Below, in pieces: positions 1-12,600 of a stretch of 64,000 bases of DNA. Source of the DNA: Antedon mediterranea (lineage: Eukaryota; Animalia; Echinodermata); assembly GCF_964355755.1 (NCBI RefSeq), contig NC_092673.1, positions 16,985,648 to 17,049,647 on the forward strand, read 5' to 3'. The position numbers and the translations under genes are program-made. Under the pieces are notes generated by a model, which was not told the origin of the DNA, made no database searches, and was given only the letters and a program-made list of their open reading frames with translations. The first letter of the stretch is position 1. Every line of letters begins with the position of its first letter.

Positions 1-1859
1 AAACTACTAATAACTAACCCATTTTTTTAATAGGATGGAAATACACCTGTCTCAGTTTTACAAAATAACTGGAGGATAAGGGACCAGAGTAAAACTGAAA
101 TTTTAAACTTCTTTAAAAGTAAGTGAAATTTTAATTATTAAAATTTTGGAATCAACTAGTTTTCATTACAAACGATAAAGATTTGATTTCTTGTCCCAAA
201 TGAAGAAGAATGCCCATATCAAAACTAGAAAATTAGCATTTATGATATCATTCACATGTTCAGATGGCAATAGATTAAATAATCCACTGGGATTGTAGTA
301 TACATGGAAGTTGTGATATGTTGCAAGATGTAAAAACCTTATTTTTTATGATTTGAAAATTGCAAATAAATTAGAAAAATTATTTTGCCATTACGATAAA
401 AATACACAAAAATGCAAACTTTAAAATTCCTTTGAATTAACAATATTGAATAAATTAGGCCACACTTTTTTTTTTATGGAACGTCATTTTTCACATCAAA
501 TCAATCTCTTTATTCATCAATACATCAAAACAATTATACATAAACAAAATAAAGATGTGAAGATGAAAGAGACCTCCATGAAACCCAAAGGGGCTTGTGA
601 TAAAAGGCCCACTATAAGCTAGTTACAAAAAAGACATACAAAAAATAAATTAATAAAATTGATAAAAAATCCTGTATAGACAAATACACGGGATGCGCAT
701 TGTTAAGGAATATTTGAACTTTATTAATTGCATATAAATGTAAATGTATTTATTTTTTTTTTTAATGTAATCTATTTTATATATAATGGTAATATTTAAA
801 ATATGTATTCGCAATCGAGGCAAACAATTTACGATAGGAGGAGATAAATATTGAATTTAACAAGGCCATATAGATGGCTGCAGTCGCTTGCTCAAGTTAG
901 TGTTTACCAACCGACCGACATAGTGAGTTGTAGAGTGGCGTTGCACGTGACTAAAAATCTTATTTTCTTGTTAATCCCATTTTTTGTTTCCACAATGAAT
1001 GAATTTTCTTCACATACTTTTAAGCCAGCTTAAGAATACTATTTCTCTGTATGTAAAATTAAGCATCATACATAATGTATTTTACCTTGGCTCCTACAAT
1101 TGTATTATCTTACGACTTACTTCCCATGCAAATAGGCACAAAATAATAAGTAATATTTGAGCATAAACGCTTAAATAATTGTAAAAGTTGTTATAAATTA
1201 ATGAGCTTTCAGTAGAGTACTTACACACAGAATAATAGAATATAAAGTTTTATACTTATAAGGTTTCCTTCCACACATACTATGTTTTATTAATTATTAT
1301 CTTACATGTTTATATAATTATTATTTTATGTATTTTTAATATGTGTGGAGAATATTTATTTAATATTTATTGAATATTGCATAAACGAATTGAATTGAAT
1401 TGCAAATATTTATCCTTGGCTTGGTGTAGGCCTACTAAAAAAGGTTGAGAATACAGAACAAAAATTTATAGTAATGTATGACAATGTTTAACAAACTTGT
1501 ATATGCTAAGGAACTTTCTTATCCAATACATACAAGATTAAACCATTATGTAAGAGTTAAAAATCTATTTCAAAGACCCATTCCCTACAAATTTCGACGT
1601 TTTGTAAAAATAATGCATATATATTACTTTAAAAACATTAAACCAGGGTATTCCTTGTCTTAGATGTACGTTTTATGGTAAATTATGATAAAAAGAGAGA
1701 AACAATGCACTACCTAAGTAGCTCGCGGTTTAATATTATAAAGTTTATTAAAATCATTAATAAACTTATATTTCTTCTCAACTTTCTGATCGTACCAGAC
1801 GTAGCCATTGCCAGTGGAACAAAGGAAATCGTTCACTTGTTTAGCCCAACAATGTTCAT

Positions 1860-2300
1860 TTCTATTAGTTGAAACATGTAACATTTAAAAGGAAATCTAT
1901 TTTTCCATTTCAATGATTTGTAACCAATAATGAATAATAGAAATAAAGCAATCAATGTTTTAGAGATAGTCTGCCTAATTCTGATCTGACAGCCACGTTG
2001 GGTGTGCTGTTTCCAATGCCTAAAATAAATCTTGAAAAACATGTATGTAAATGATCAATTGGTGATAAATTCGAAAAGCCCCATATCTCACTCCCGTAAA
2101 TTAAAATTGGTAAATTTTGATGTTTAAAATGTGGTTCCATATATTCTCTGGTAGGTATTTTGTTTTGCTATTAATTGATTGTAAATAGTGCGTTATTTGC
2201 TTTTTGACAATTGTGTTCAATTGTGTTATTCCACTGACCATTTGAATTGAAAACCACTTCCAAGTAAGTATACGGTTTTCTTCACCAAGCCCTTCAAAGT
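1860..2300 (-). mobile_element. Degenerate non-LTR retrotransposon fragment (RT C-terminal region, RTE/RTEX-like)
   Basis: Minus strand gives VVFNSNGQWNNTIEHNCQKANNALF and PILIYGSEIWG...FSRFILGIGNSTPNVAVRSELGRLSL, with frameshifts. Confidence 0.75.
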
Positions 2301-3495
2301 ATAAAGTGTATATTTTACAAAATATTTATATTATACAAGTATTCAGAGTGTTAATTGCATTTTAATCAATAAATACATTTAGTGCAATTATTTAAATTTT
2401 TTTTTATTATTATTTACAAAAGTGATTAGATTTCACATCTGCAGTTTCTGCCCTGTGTTGATGCGTTTAGCGTACACACATAATGGGGAAGTAACGACTG
2501 GGAACAGTGGGCACATTTTCTGAGTGTTTTAGACCAGAAAAGCGCCCTTATTGTAAGCCTTTAAAGGTGCAATAATTCTTGTTTTACATCAGCCTATGGT
2601 GGGGCTCAAGTTCAAGTTATCTTTATTGTGTTTTGACAAACAGGTATAAAAACAAAATTGGTTACTGGTCATAAAACAGGATATAAATAAACACATATAA
2701 AAAGTTCAAAGCATATTGAAAACTTACAATAGATGTTTTTAATCGCATTTCCTACTGCCGAATTCTGAATCATACCAGTTATTCATTTCAGGATTACTTT
2801 ATTTTCACTTTACCTTGAAACCATGCAAATCAACCGTATGTTGCTATAATTTCAACGATTTAGATTAAGGGTCGCTGTTAAAAAACGTTGCGTAACGTCT
2901 ATATGTTTGGATGAGTTTGATTTCCACAATTTTTTTTTTAGGACATAATTTCAATTAATAACTGTAGTTGTTAACTGTATACATTGTAGTTAAAAATATA
3001 CATTATTATTATTATATCCAGAATGAATGATTGCTTCTACAAGTGTTTGTAATCACACAGAGCCTTTGTATAACCTTATACCATTGAAAAAACTAAGACA
3101 ATTCAAGAGTGTTTCCCAGCTGTGAATTTTAATATAGTGTTTTTTATGAAAATATATAATATGTAATATTTTTGTTTTGTGTATTTTTTTAGATTTACCA
3201 AGTACTGTTGATGATAATTTAACAGAATTGTGATTAAAATGGGATTTCAGTAAAGAGAGAATTAGACAAAACATTATTTCTGAGCGGTACTGTAAAAAGG
3301 CGAAAAGTGTGCAACTGATAACAAATGGAGAACAGTTTCCATCCAAAATACTGTAATAATGCAATGAAGCTATAGTTTGCAGATTTATGTGGCATGCTTG
3401 CTTGATTTTTGCTTGATTGTTGATTTTTTTTGTTGTTGATTTTATTTTTTCCTTGATGTTTTAAAAATCTATTAAAATCTCGATTCAATTTTCAG

Positions 3496-3643
3496 ATATT
3501 GCTGAACGTGAATTAGATTTTCAGAAAGCATACAATGAAGCCTTGAAAGATGGATCCGTTCCAGTCAATCTTGGAATGCTTAAAGTGATTGGGCAAGAAG
3601 GAGTGGGTAAAACATGCCTCATCAATGCCTGTCTTGGAAAAGA
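3496..3643 (+). CDS. Roc domain exon with P-loop (G1)
   Basis: ttttcag acceptor and gtaagt donor; translates IAERELDFQKAYNEALKDGSVPVNLGMLKVIGQEGVGKTCLINACLGK (GxxxxGKT). Confidence 0.92.
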
Positions 3644-6600
3644 GTAAGTAGTACTAGTAGGACAATGAAATTTACATTACAAAATATTTGAAGAAAAGAA
3701 TTACAAACCAGCTAACTTTTAGCGATTTGTTTTTGATAAACTACTACTCTCTAAATATTGCAGTAATAGATCTAACAATAGTTAAATAAAAACGTCTATA
3801 AATATATAAATCGGTTTCTACAATGATCATAACACCATCAAATTTTCTATAGATTATAGAATTTCATTTTAATCTGGTATTCTTAAAAAAAAGATCATAT
3901 GAATTGTTGAATAATTTGACTTCCTAAATGTATAATTAATGAATATATTAAAATGGTTTTGAATTGAAAGGCATTACAAACATATTTTGGTGCCAAAATT
4001 CGCTCAATACGCCCCAACCACTACCGAAAACACCGAGAATCAGCGTCATGGAGCATATTTTGTATTATTTGGCCCACTTACTATGATCCGATTTTCACCA
4101 GAGTTTTCTCCATTTGTCGGAAATTTAATATTATTTTAAATGATATATATTTTTTTACAAATATGATAGTAATTTTTCCGGACAACAAAAGAACGTGAGT
4201 GCCTATCGCCCATTTTCACTGCGTGAAACCGGAAACATCGTATGGATTATAGCGAATTTGTCTACAAAATCAACTCAGTAGAATACGTTATTGGGCTACG
4301 AATTTCACCGGAGTTCCTGCAAACGATTCCTTATTTAATTCTGATTAACATATCTAAGAAACAGCCTCTGATTCGTCGAATTCGCTCCGGACTAGGCATT
4401 TTAACCAATCACGTCAGATTTCTCAAAGAGTCTGGTTGTATCCTTTTACACGCGCTATTTTGAAATCCTCGTTTTACGTCCGTATTTATGCTGACATCAT
4501 TTGATTATCCTTATTTATACTTCGTTTTCTTTCTACTTTTTTGGATTTTAAGTATAATATAGCTTTCATTAACTTGTAGATAAAGTTGAGTGTACTTGTA
4601 CATTTTTTGTTTAATCATATGTTAAAAATGTCAAAGCCCTCTGCTTTTGTGTAGTGTTCATCGGGGTTTTTATGAGGTTTGGAACAGTCCATGTTGACCG
4701 GATAGACCGGAGTGGGGATGTGCAGCTAGCGTAAAGTGGTGGTTGTGTTAAATGAATTTAAATTATAATTTATAGCAATGCTCTAATAATACTGTAAAAT
4801 GTTTAATTTAGAGGGAATACTTTTATAATACATAGTATGTTTTTTTCGTATGTTCACTTTCTATGAAAAATGCACATCGTGTCAATTAACCCCCTCTGGA
4901 AATAGTAGTCCATAGCTTATCTCCGACTGCCTGAATGACCTTCGTTGCGCGATCCTGTACACAAAGGCCGAATAAAAATTACTTTTGTGACAATAAGTTT
5001 GAAATGGAAAAATTGCATTTTTTACAGTACTTAAAATGACTGAAGTTCATAGTTGTTGGTTTCAACAGCCAACAATACCAACAATACTTTTTGTATTTTT
5101 GCCAGATTTGAGAAAAACCATGTAGTTACAGATGGGATAGCAGTGATAAGAACAGCAAGCACAACATGGAAAGAGGCTAATGCTGATAGTGGTAAACATG
5201 AATACAAATTAGCATATTACTCTTCCCATCATCATAGGCTATGTAACAATATTTAACTTTGATCTCATTATCATAGACACAAACAGGCCCACAATGAAAC
5301 TGAGATGTAGAATGGAATTCAATAAATGCATACAACTGTAGTATGGTGTCAACAGTCATATTTTCACATACATACAGCAATTGTTACTCTATGATCCCTT
5401 AACACACAACCTATTGTTTGTTGATGTACTGTAATTGTAATTTTACATTAGATAATCAATCAGTTAAATTAATTGTCATCTATCAATGTATCTGCTGAAA
5501 TAATACGTACTAATGTCTTTTTTCTCTACAGCTAATCCTTCAAAACAGTATACAAAAATCGTCACTGACAAACTGAGAAAAAAGAAAACTCTAAACGTAT
5601 GTCAATAATAGTGTAATGAAAACATAAAATGAATAAAGTAGCACCTACAGGATTATTGCAAACCAGACACTTAGGCTTTCTTTCTAAATGAATCAATGAG
5701 GCAGCTATTTCATTTTTTTTATTCTTCAATTCTTTTAAAATTTACTCTAAAAAATAATTTGGTTTTGTTTTTGAGAGTAAATAATATTAGTTTTTCTTAT
5801 ATTAAATTGTAAACAATACTGTATTTAACTTTGAATAAACATTTATTACTTTTTTTATATCCATTTATTGTTTTTGTTTTATGTGTCAGATTGACATGAA
5901 ACCACCTACAGATGATGAGGATGGTATTCTTGATGAATACAATAACGATGACAAAAATGATGGTATGTAACTTTTCTTTAAATTCTAATTACTAGAGGGT
6001 GACCTCGCTTTGCTCGCTCCCCCTCTAGGATGTGTAGACGATGGTTCTCGGAATGATATTGACTCTGGTAAAAAGGTTTTTAGAAGGACATTCTTGCCTG
6101 GATGTGTTCGGTCGGTTACTAGCTATTGTTTGTTGATGTATTGTAATTGTAAAAAACATGGACAGAGGCTGAAGCTGATAGTGGTAAACATGAATAAAAA
6201 GTAGCATCTTCCCATCATCATTGGCTATGTAACAATATTTATCATTATTCTCATTATCATAGACACAAACAGGCCCACAATGAAACTGAGATGTAGAATG
6301 GAATTCAATAAATGCATACAACCGTAATATGGTGTCAACAGTCATATTTTCACATACAATTGTTACTTTACTTTACAATTGTTACTCTATGATCCCTTAA
6401 CACGCTAGCTTGTTTGTTGATGTATTGTAATTGTAATTTTACATTACTTAATCAATCAGTTAAATTAATTGTCATCTATCAATGTATCTGCTGAAATAAA
6501 ACGTACAAATGTCTTTTTTCTCTACAGGTAATGCTTCAAAACAGTATACGAAAATCGCCACTGACAAATTGAGAAAACATAAAACTATAAACGTATGTAA

Positions 6601-9600
6601 ATAATAGTGTAATGAAAACATAAAATGAATAAAGTAGCACCTACAGGATTATTGCAAACCAGACACTTAGGCTTTCTTTCTAAATGAATCAATGAGGCAT
6701 TATGAACAGCTATTTCTTTTTTTTTCCTCAATCCTTTTAAAATTTACTCTTAAAAATAATTTGGTTTTGTTTTTGAGAGTAAATAATATTACTTTTCTCT
6801 TATATTAAATTGTAAACAATACTGTATTTAACTTTTAATAAACATTTATTTCTTTTTTATATCCATTTGTTGTTTTTGTTTTATGTGTCAGATTGACATG
6901 AAACCACCTACAGATGATGAGGATGGTATTCTTGATGAATACAATAACGATGACAAAAATGATGGTATGTAACTTTTCCTTAAATTCTAATTTCTAGAGG
7001 GTGACCTCGCTTCGCTCGCTCCCCCTCTAGGAAGTGTAGACGATGGTTCTCGGAATGATATTGACTCGGGTAAAAAGGTTTTTAGAAGGACATTCTTGCC
7101 TGGATGTGTTCGGTCGGTTACTAGCTATTGTTTGTTGATGTATTGTAATTGTAATTTTAATTAATTAATAATTTCTCTACAGGTAATCCTTCAAAACAGT
7201 ATACAAAAATGGTCACTGACAAACTAAGAGAAAAGAAAACTGTAAGCATAATGTCAGTAATAGTGTAATGAAAACATAAAATAAATAAAGTAGCACCTAC
7301 AGGACTAACTATTGCAAACCAGTCACTTAGGCTTTCTTTCTAAATGAATCAATGAGGCATTATGAGCAGCTATTTCATTTTTTTGTTGTTGCTTCAATCC
7401 TTTTAAAATTTACTCTAACAAATAACTTGGTTTTTTTGTTTGAGGGTAAATAATATTAGTTTTCTCTTATATTAAATTGTAAACAAAACTGTATTTAACT
7501 TGAATAAACATTTGTTTCATATTTATATCCATTTTTTGTGTTATTTATCAGATTGACATGAAACCACCTACAGATGATGTCGAGGATGATGATGGTATTG
7601 TTGTTGACTACAATAATGATGACAACAATGATGATTACAAAAATAACGACAACAATGATTACAAAAATGATAGTATGTAACTTTCCATTAAATTCTAATT
7701 ATTATTATTACATATTACATAATACATATACATTACATTTTGTTGCTAATTTGCAATTTCTGTGATATTAAGTTTGTGCTGTAGTTATTTGAAATAAATA
7801 GATTATTAATTAGATTTTCCAATTTAAAGTAACTTTTAATTTTCCTATAAAATTATTAAATTTATGTGATCAGAGGTGGAGGTAAGGCAACCTTTAACCT
7901 GTGTAACAATTATGGTGACAATCATACTTTTCTACCTCTACTCTGACAGTGTCAACTAAAACTATAATGATGATAACAATGATGATGATTCAGTGTAACA
8001 ATGATAATGAAGACTGCAATGATGATAATGACAATTAAAACAATGATGATAATCAGAACAACTATAACAATATGTTAATCACTTTTACAATGATTAAAAT
8101 AATGATGCTTGTTTACATGTGTTGAGAGTGACCAAAACACTTGTTTCCACTACAGGTTCTTATACAGCTACTAAAGCTGTTACATTTGATACAGATCAGC
8201 AATTAGATAAAGATGTAATCAAGAAACTTGAGGAAAAAAAGGAGGACCCCTTGGAAGAAACATTTAACATCTGGGATCATGGAGGTCAATTAATATACCA
8301 TGGTATACATCGCGTAAGTTATAATATATGTATTTGCCTTGAAGTTAATATTATATTGACATTGTTTAAATACTATACACAGTTAAAAGGAATTGTCTCT
8401 GTATATACTAACATAATGGTATGACCAAGGTTTAATTTGTGCATTCAGTAATCGCAAACATCTTTCCATGGTACTGCTTTATATAAATTGTTATTACAAA
8501 TTTTGCCTACGTCAATAAAAAAGTATTTTGTTTTCAATCATAACTGATTTTAACAGTTTTATATGAATTTGTACTAGAAAAATGCTTTAATAAAAAAGAG
8601 TATCAATAGTAAATGTATAAACGCAGTTTATCAAAAGACAACCTACAGAATAAAATGATATTCGCGCAGTCACCTATCTTGCGCCGCGTAGCGGTGCTAT
8701 ACAATCTTTGCTTAAAGCATATTAATCAAATATTTGAATAAAAACAAATTGTGTTTTTGCAGATGTTCATGACATTACAAGCACTTTATATTGTAGTGTT
8801 CGACCTAAGTGTAGACCTCAATGATCCTGCTGTTTATATTGATTCCAATGGAGTAAGTATTTTGCTATATATTTTATGCATTACAATGAGTTTTATTTCA
8901 TACCTTCCAAATGAGCTGCATAAATTTACATAATTGAAACCTAACCATTTTAATTGTGGTTAGAAATCATTTACTTCTTCATTTCATTTTACTAGAACAA
9001 AGATAAAATGTTTTTTAAACTAGTCTTTCTTTTTTATAGCAAAAGTGTAAACATCATTGGACCAATCTCCAGTTCATATTATCTTACATCCTGTCAGTTT
9101 ATTCTCATAGTCGTATTGTGAAAGAAGATGAGGAGAATGAAGTTAACAAACCAACTATCCTTATTGTGGGTACACATAAGGGTAAGCTTGGTAAGACTGA
9201 AAAAGAACAAAATGATGAGGTAATCTATTTCTATAGCTATCTTAAAAAATAACCTAAAAGACATATTACTGCTCTAAAAATATGAAGATACTTTATTAAC
9301 CAACTTTATATAGGTATATAATAATAAAAAAAATTTAAATATTATTTTAAATAAATATATATGTATATTACATTTTATAAACTTTTTGCAACCAGGCAAA
9401 TATCATTTTTGAGAAGGTTCAAGATGTGCTTAGAGGAAAACTGTATGAAGAACATATATATAAATATTTTGCCATTGAAAACAGCCGAGAAACAACAGAT
9501 AAAAGCTTTAGTGATCTCAAAGAGGTTATTGAAAAGTTTATGGCCACTTTAGAAAAAGATGTTCCTTTAAAGTGGATGCGTTTTCGATGTGACCTTCAAG

Positions 9601-12600
9601 ACCTCAGGAGGGAAAAACATTTTTCTTTGTGTCCTTTAGAAGAGGTAAACTTTTTTTTAACCACATTAATAATCTTACTTTGAGCATTAGAACTGAATTA
9701 ATAGTTCCATGTTCTGCCACAGTGTATTAATCAGAGGAACTCTACACCCAAATGTATAGAAAACTCGTTCTGACCACTGAAATGAACCGATCCATTATTA
9801 ATCGGAGGGATTATAAAAATACATTATACCTTTTTATAAACATTTCATTGCAGTATTAATGTTATAAGTTAGGATTTGCAAAATGTTATTAATTTAATAA
9901 TTTTTATCTGATTATAAAGTAATAATATTTCAAATAACCAATACTCTGATTAATAATGGATTGGTATTTAGTAGTCTCATAGCAGAATGAAACTAGAAAA
10001 CTCAGATGTTAAAATCAGAGTTTTCTATACATTCGTCTCAAAAGTACAACAATAAAATAGACATGAGAAACAAACATTGCCACATGGTAAGCTGTAATAT
10101 TAATCTTTCATATTGAAATATGGTATAGTACTGATTAGATTTCTGTAAAGACAGTCTAATTTGAATGGATATAGAAACAATTTAGGAATGAAGACTTGCA
10201 TAAGAAAACGGTTTAACATCTTGTTCTATATTCTCTACACTGAAATACCAAAAAGTGTTGTTCATGTAACCATGGAGGTATACCTCCATTATGTAACAGT
10301 TCAAATACAAAATTAACGTTGGTAATAACTGTAAATCTACCATGTTATAAAAACGGAATATCATTTCCTATTTAACTATTTAAAAAAAATCTAATATTAT
10401 AACCATTATTTCTAGCTCAAAATGCTGGCAACTAAGAATGGTATTGAAAAAGAACAATCGGTACTGCTTAACTTCCTGTATGATCTTGGTGAAATTGTTT
10501 ACATGCCTGACAACAAATTATTAAGAGATAAAGCAGTGTTAGATCCGATGCAGCTGGTTGAAATTGTTACTGCTTTTGTAACAGTCATTCCACCAAAGTT
10601 TCCAGTAAGTACAGTAGGCCCATGTAATATTTCAAATTGTAAATACTAGATGGTACGCTCGCGTACCATCTAGGTCGTGCCCACAGATGGTTCTCGAATA
10701 CATAATAATTTCAGGCACTGGCGATTTCAAATGTACAATAATGCAGGACAATAATACATGTCGTTTACAGGAACGAATAAATAGACACTGTGATTTATGT
10801 ACTCAACTAAAATTAGCACCCTGGGAATTACTTCCGAAAGAGAAACTTGTCACAAAATGAGACCAATTGTTTAAGTCAAATTTAAACAAACTTAATTTGT
10901 GTTTTGTATGTAACATTATGGTTGAGGGATGGGGAAGAGGATGGGTGCAAAGAGGAACAATTTTTAAATATATTCTTTATCCATTTAGTAGCGAAATATT
11001 AATTGTTTTCATGTTTTACAAATAATATACCACTAAACACGGTAAAACATTGCGATGTAATACTTTGTTGAAACTATCACCGTCCTAGTCGATTGAAATA
11101 GTACAGTACATGTAACGATACACTACGACGTATATATGTTTATATAATGTTAAACAATTTGTGAAAACCACCTCTATTCGGGGCAAATCATAAATTCGAT
11201 TTAATCGTTAATAAATATTAAATTATCTAACTCAACTTAATTAGTAGGCCTAATGGTTTTCAATTGTTTCTAGAGCCAATTCATACTTAAGTTGGTTCCT
11301 ATACCCTACCCACCAAAGTTGTCGTTGATCCTTCGACGGTACCACCGTAGGCCTATCCTCTACTGGCTTTACAACGCTACTCATGCCAGTGAGGGAAGGG
11401 TGATGATGTGGAGGGTGGTTCCCGGGGTGGTTTAACTGCAATAATAAAGATTTGTACATAATATACGGCGACTGAAAACGCTAGCTCATTATCCGTTAAA
11501 AAAAATCTATATCCAACCAGCACAGATTGAAAACAAAATGATCGAATTTCTGTTATGAGTATACAGTACTTGCCTTTACGACGCCTGAGGGAATAGACAC
11601 TTGTGGAACAGAGATTGGAATGTTCCATTCATTGCAAATCAATACATTTGTATAAACGTATATTAAATGTATCAAAATAGCATTTTTTAAGGAAAATCGG
11701 CCTGTCTTCAACATTATGATGCTGTACTCGAACTGTTCAACCGGTTTTCAGCTATTAAAAACAATTATCGTAGGAGGAGATAGGAAAATGCGAAGTGTCC
11801 TCGTATTATTGTATGCGGGTATTTTTCAATTTGACATCATCATTAGACAGTGTATACCACGATCAGAAAACACCCCTATTTGGGGCAAATCGTTGAACCT
11901 AAATTCGTTTTAATTTAATAACTAATTATCAAACTCAATTTAATTAGTCAACAGAGTTACATCAGGTGGTTAAAATCAGTACCGAAAGTACGAACCAACT
12001 TTATATACCATCGAGTAAACATTCTAGAAATAACGCTTGATTTACCGATTTTTGCTCTTACGTAAATTTATATATAGATGTGTTTGTGGTGTCACTCCTA
12101 TGCAAGTTCGGTGCAGTTCCTTGTGAAAACATTATTTTTGATCATAGTACTTAAGAATTCTTTTTTTTGGTATAGAAGCCTGCATTTAGGAGACTTGACA
12201 AGGGCATACTGGAAGAAAAGTTGTTGCGAAAATTATGGAAAGAGCGTAAAGTTGACGAAGGAAAGAATTTTGAGTTCCTTGTGGCACTGATGATTCAATT
12301 AGGTTTCATTTGTGAAAAGACGACGACCAACAACCAAGATTTGGCAAGTACATCTACAGTAGGTTTTATTCAGTTATCTTTTTTAACATGTTATATTTTG
12401 TATGCAAGATTGTGTAAAAAATTATTTTTTTGGGATATATTTGTAGAGTTATGACATATTTTGGTTAAACTTTCTGCTGAAGATGTTTTTAACATGTACA
12501 GGAAATGATTTTCGTTTTCTTATTAAAAGAAATTTAAATGGCATTTTACAAATCAACAATTTCAGGAATGTGTTGGAAAGCGATCATTCTTTGTGCCACT

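Noticed and set aside
490-1400. N-terminal exons of the ROCO gene
   Set aside because: No open, phase-compatible exon found; sequence looks like decayed LINE 3' ends.
7950-8110. Extra Asp/Asn-rich exon
   Set aside because: The phase-1 frame hits TAA and no clear donor exists; probably a decayed (gat/aat)n tract.
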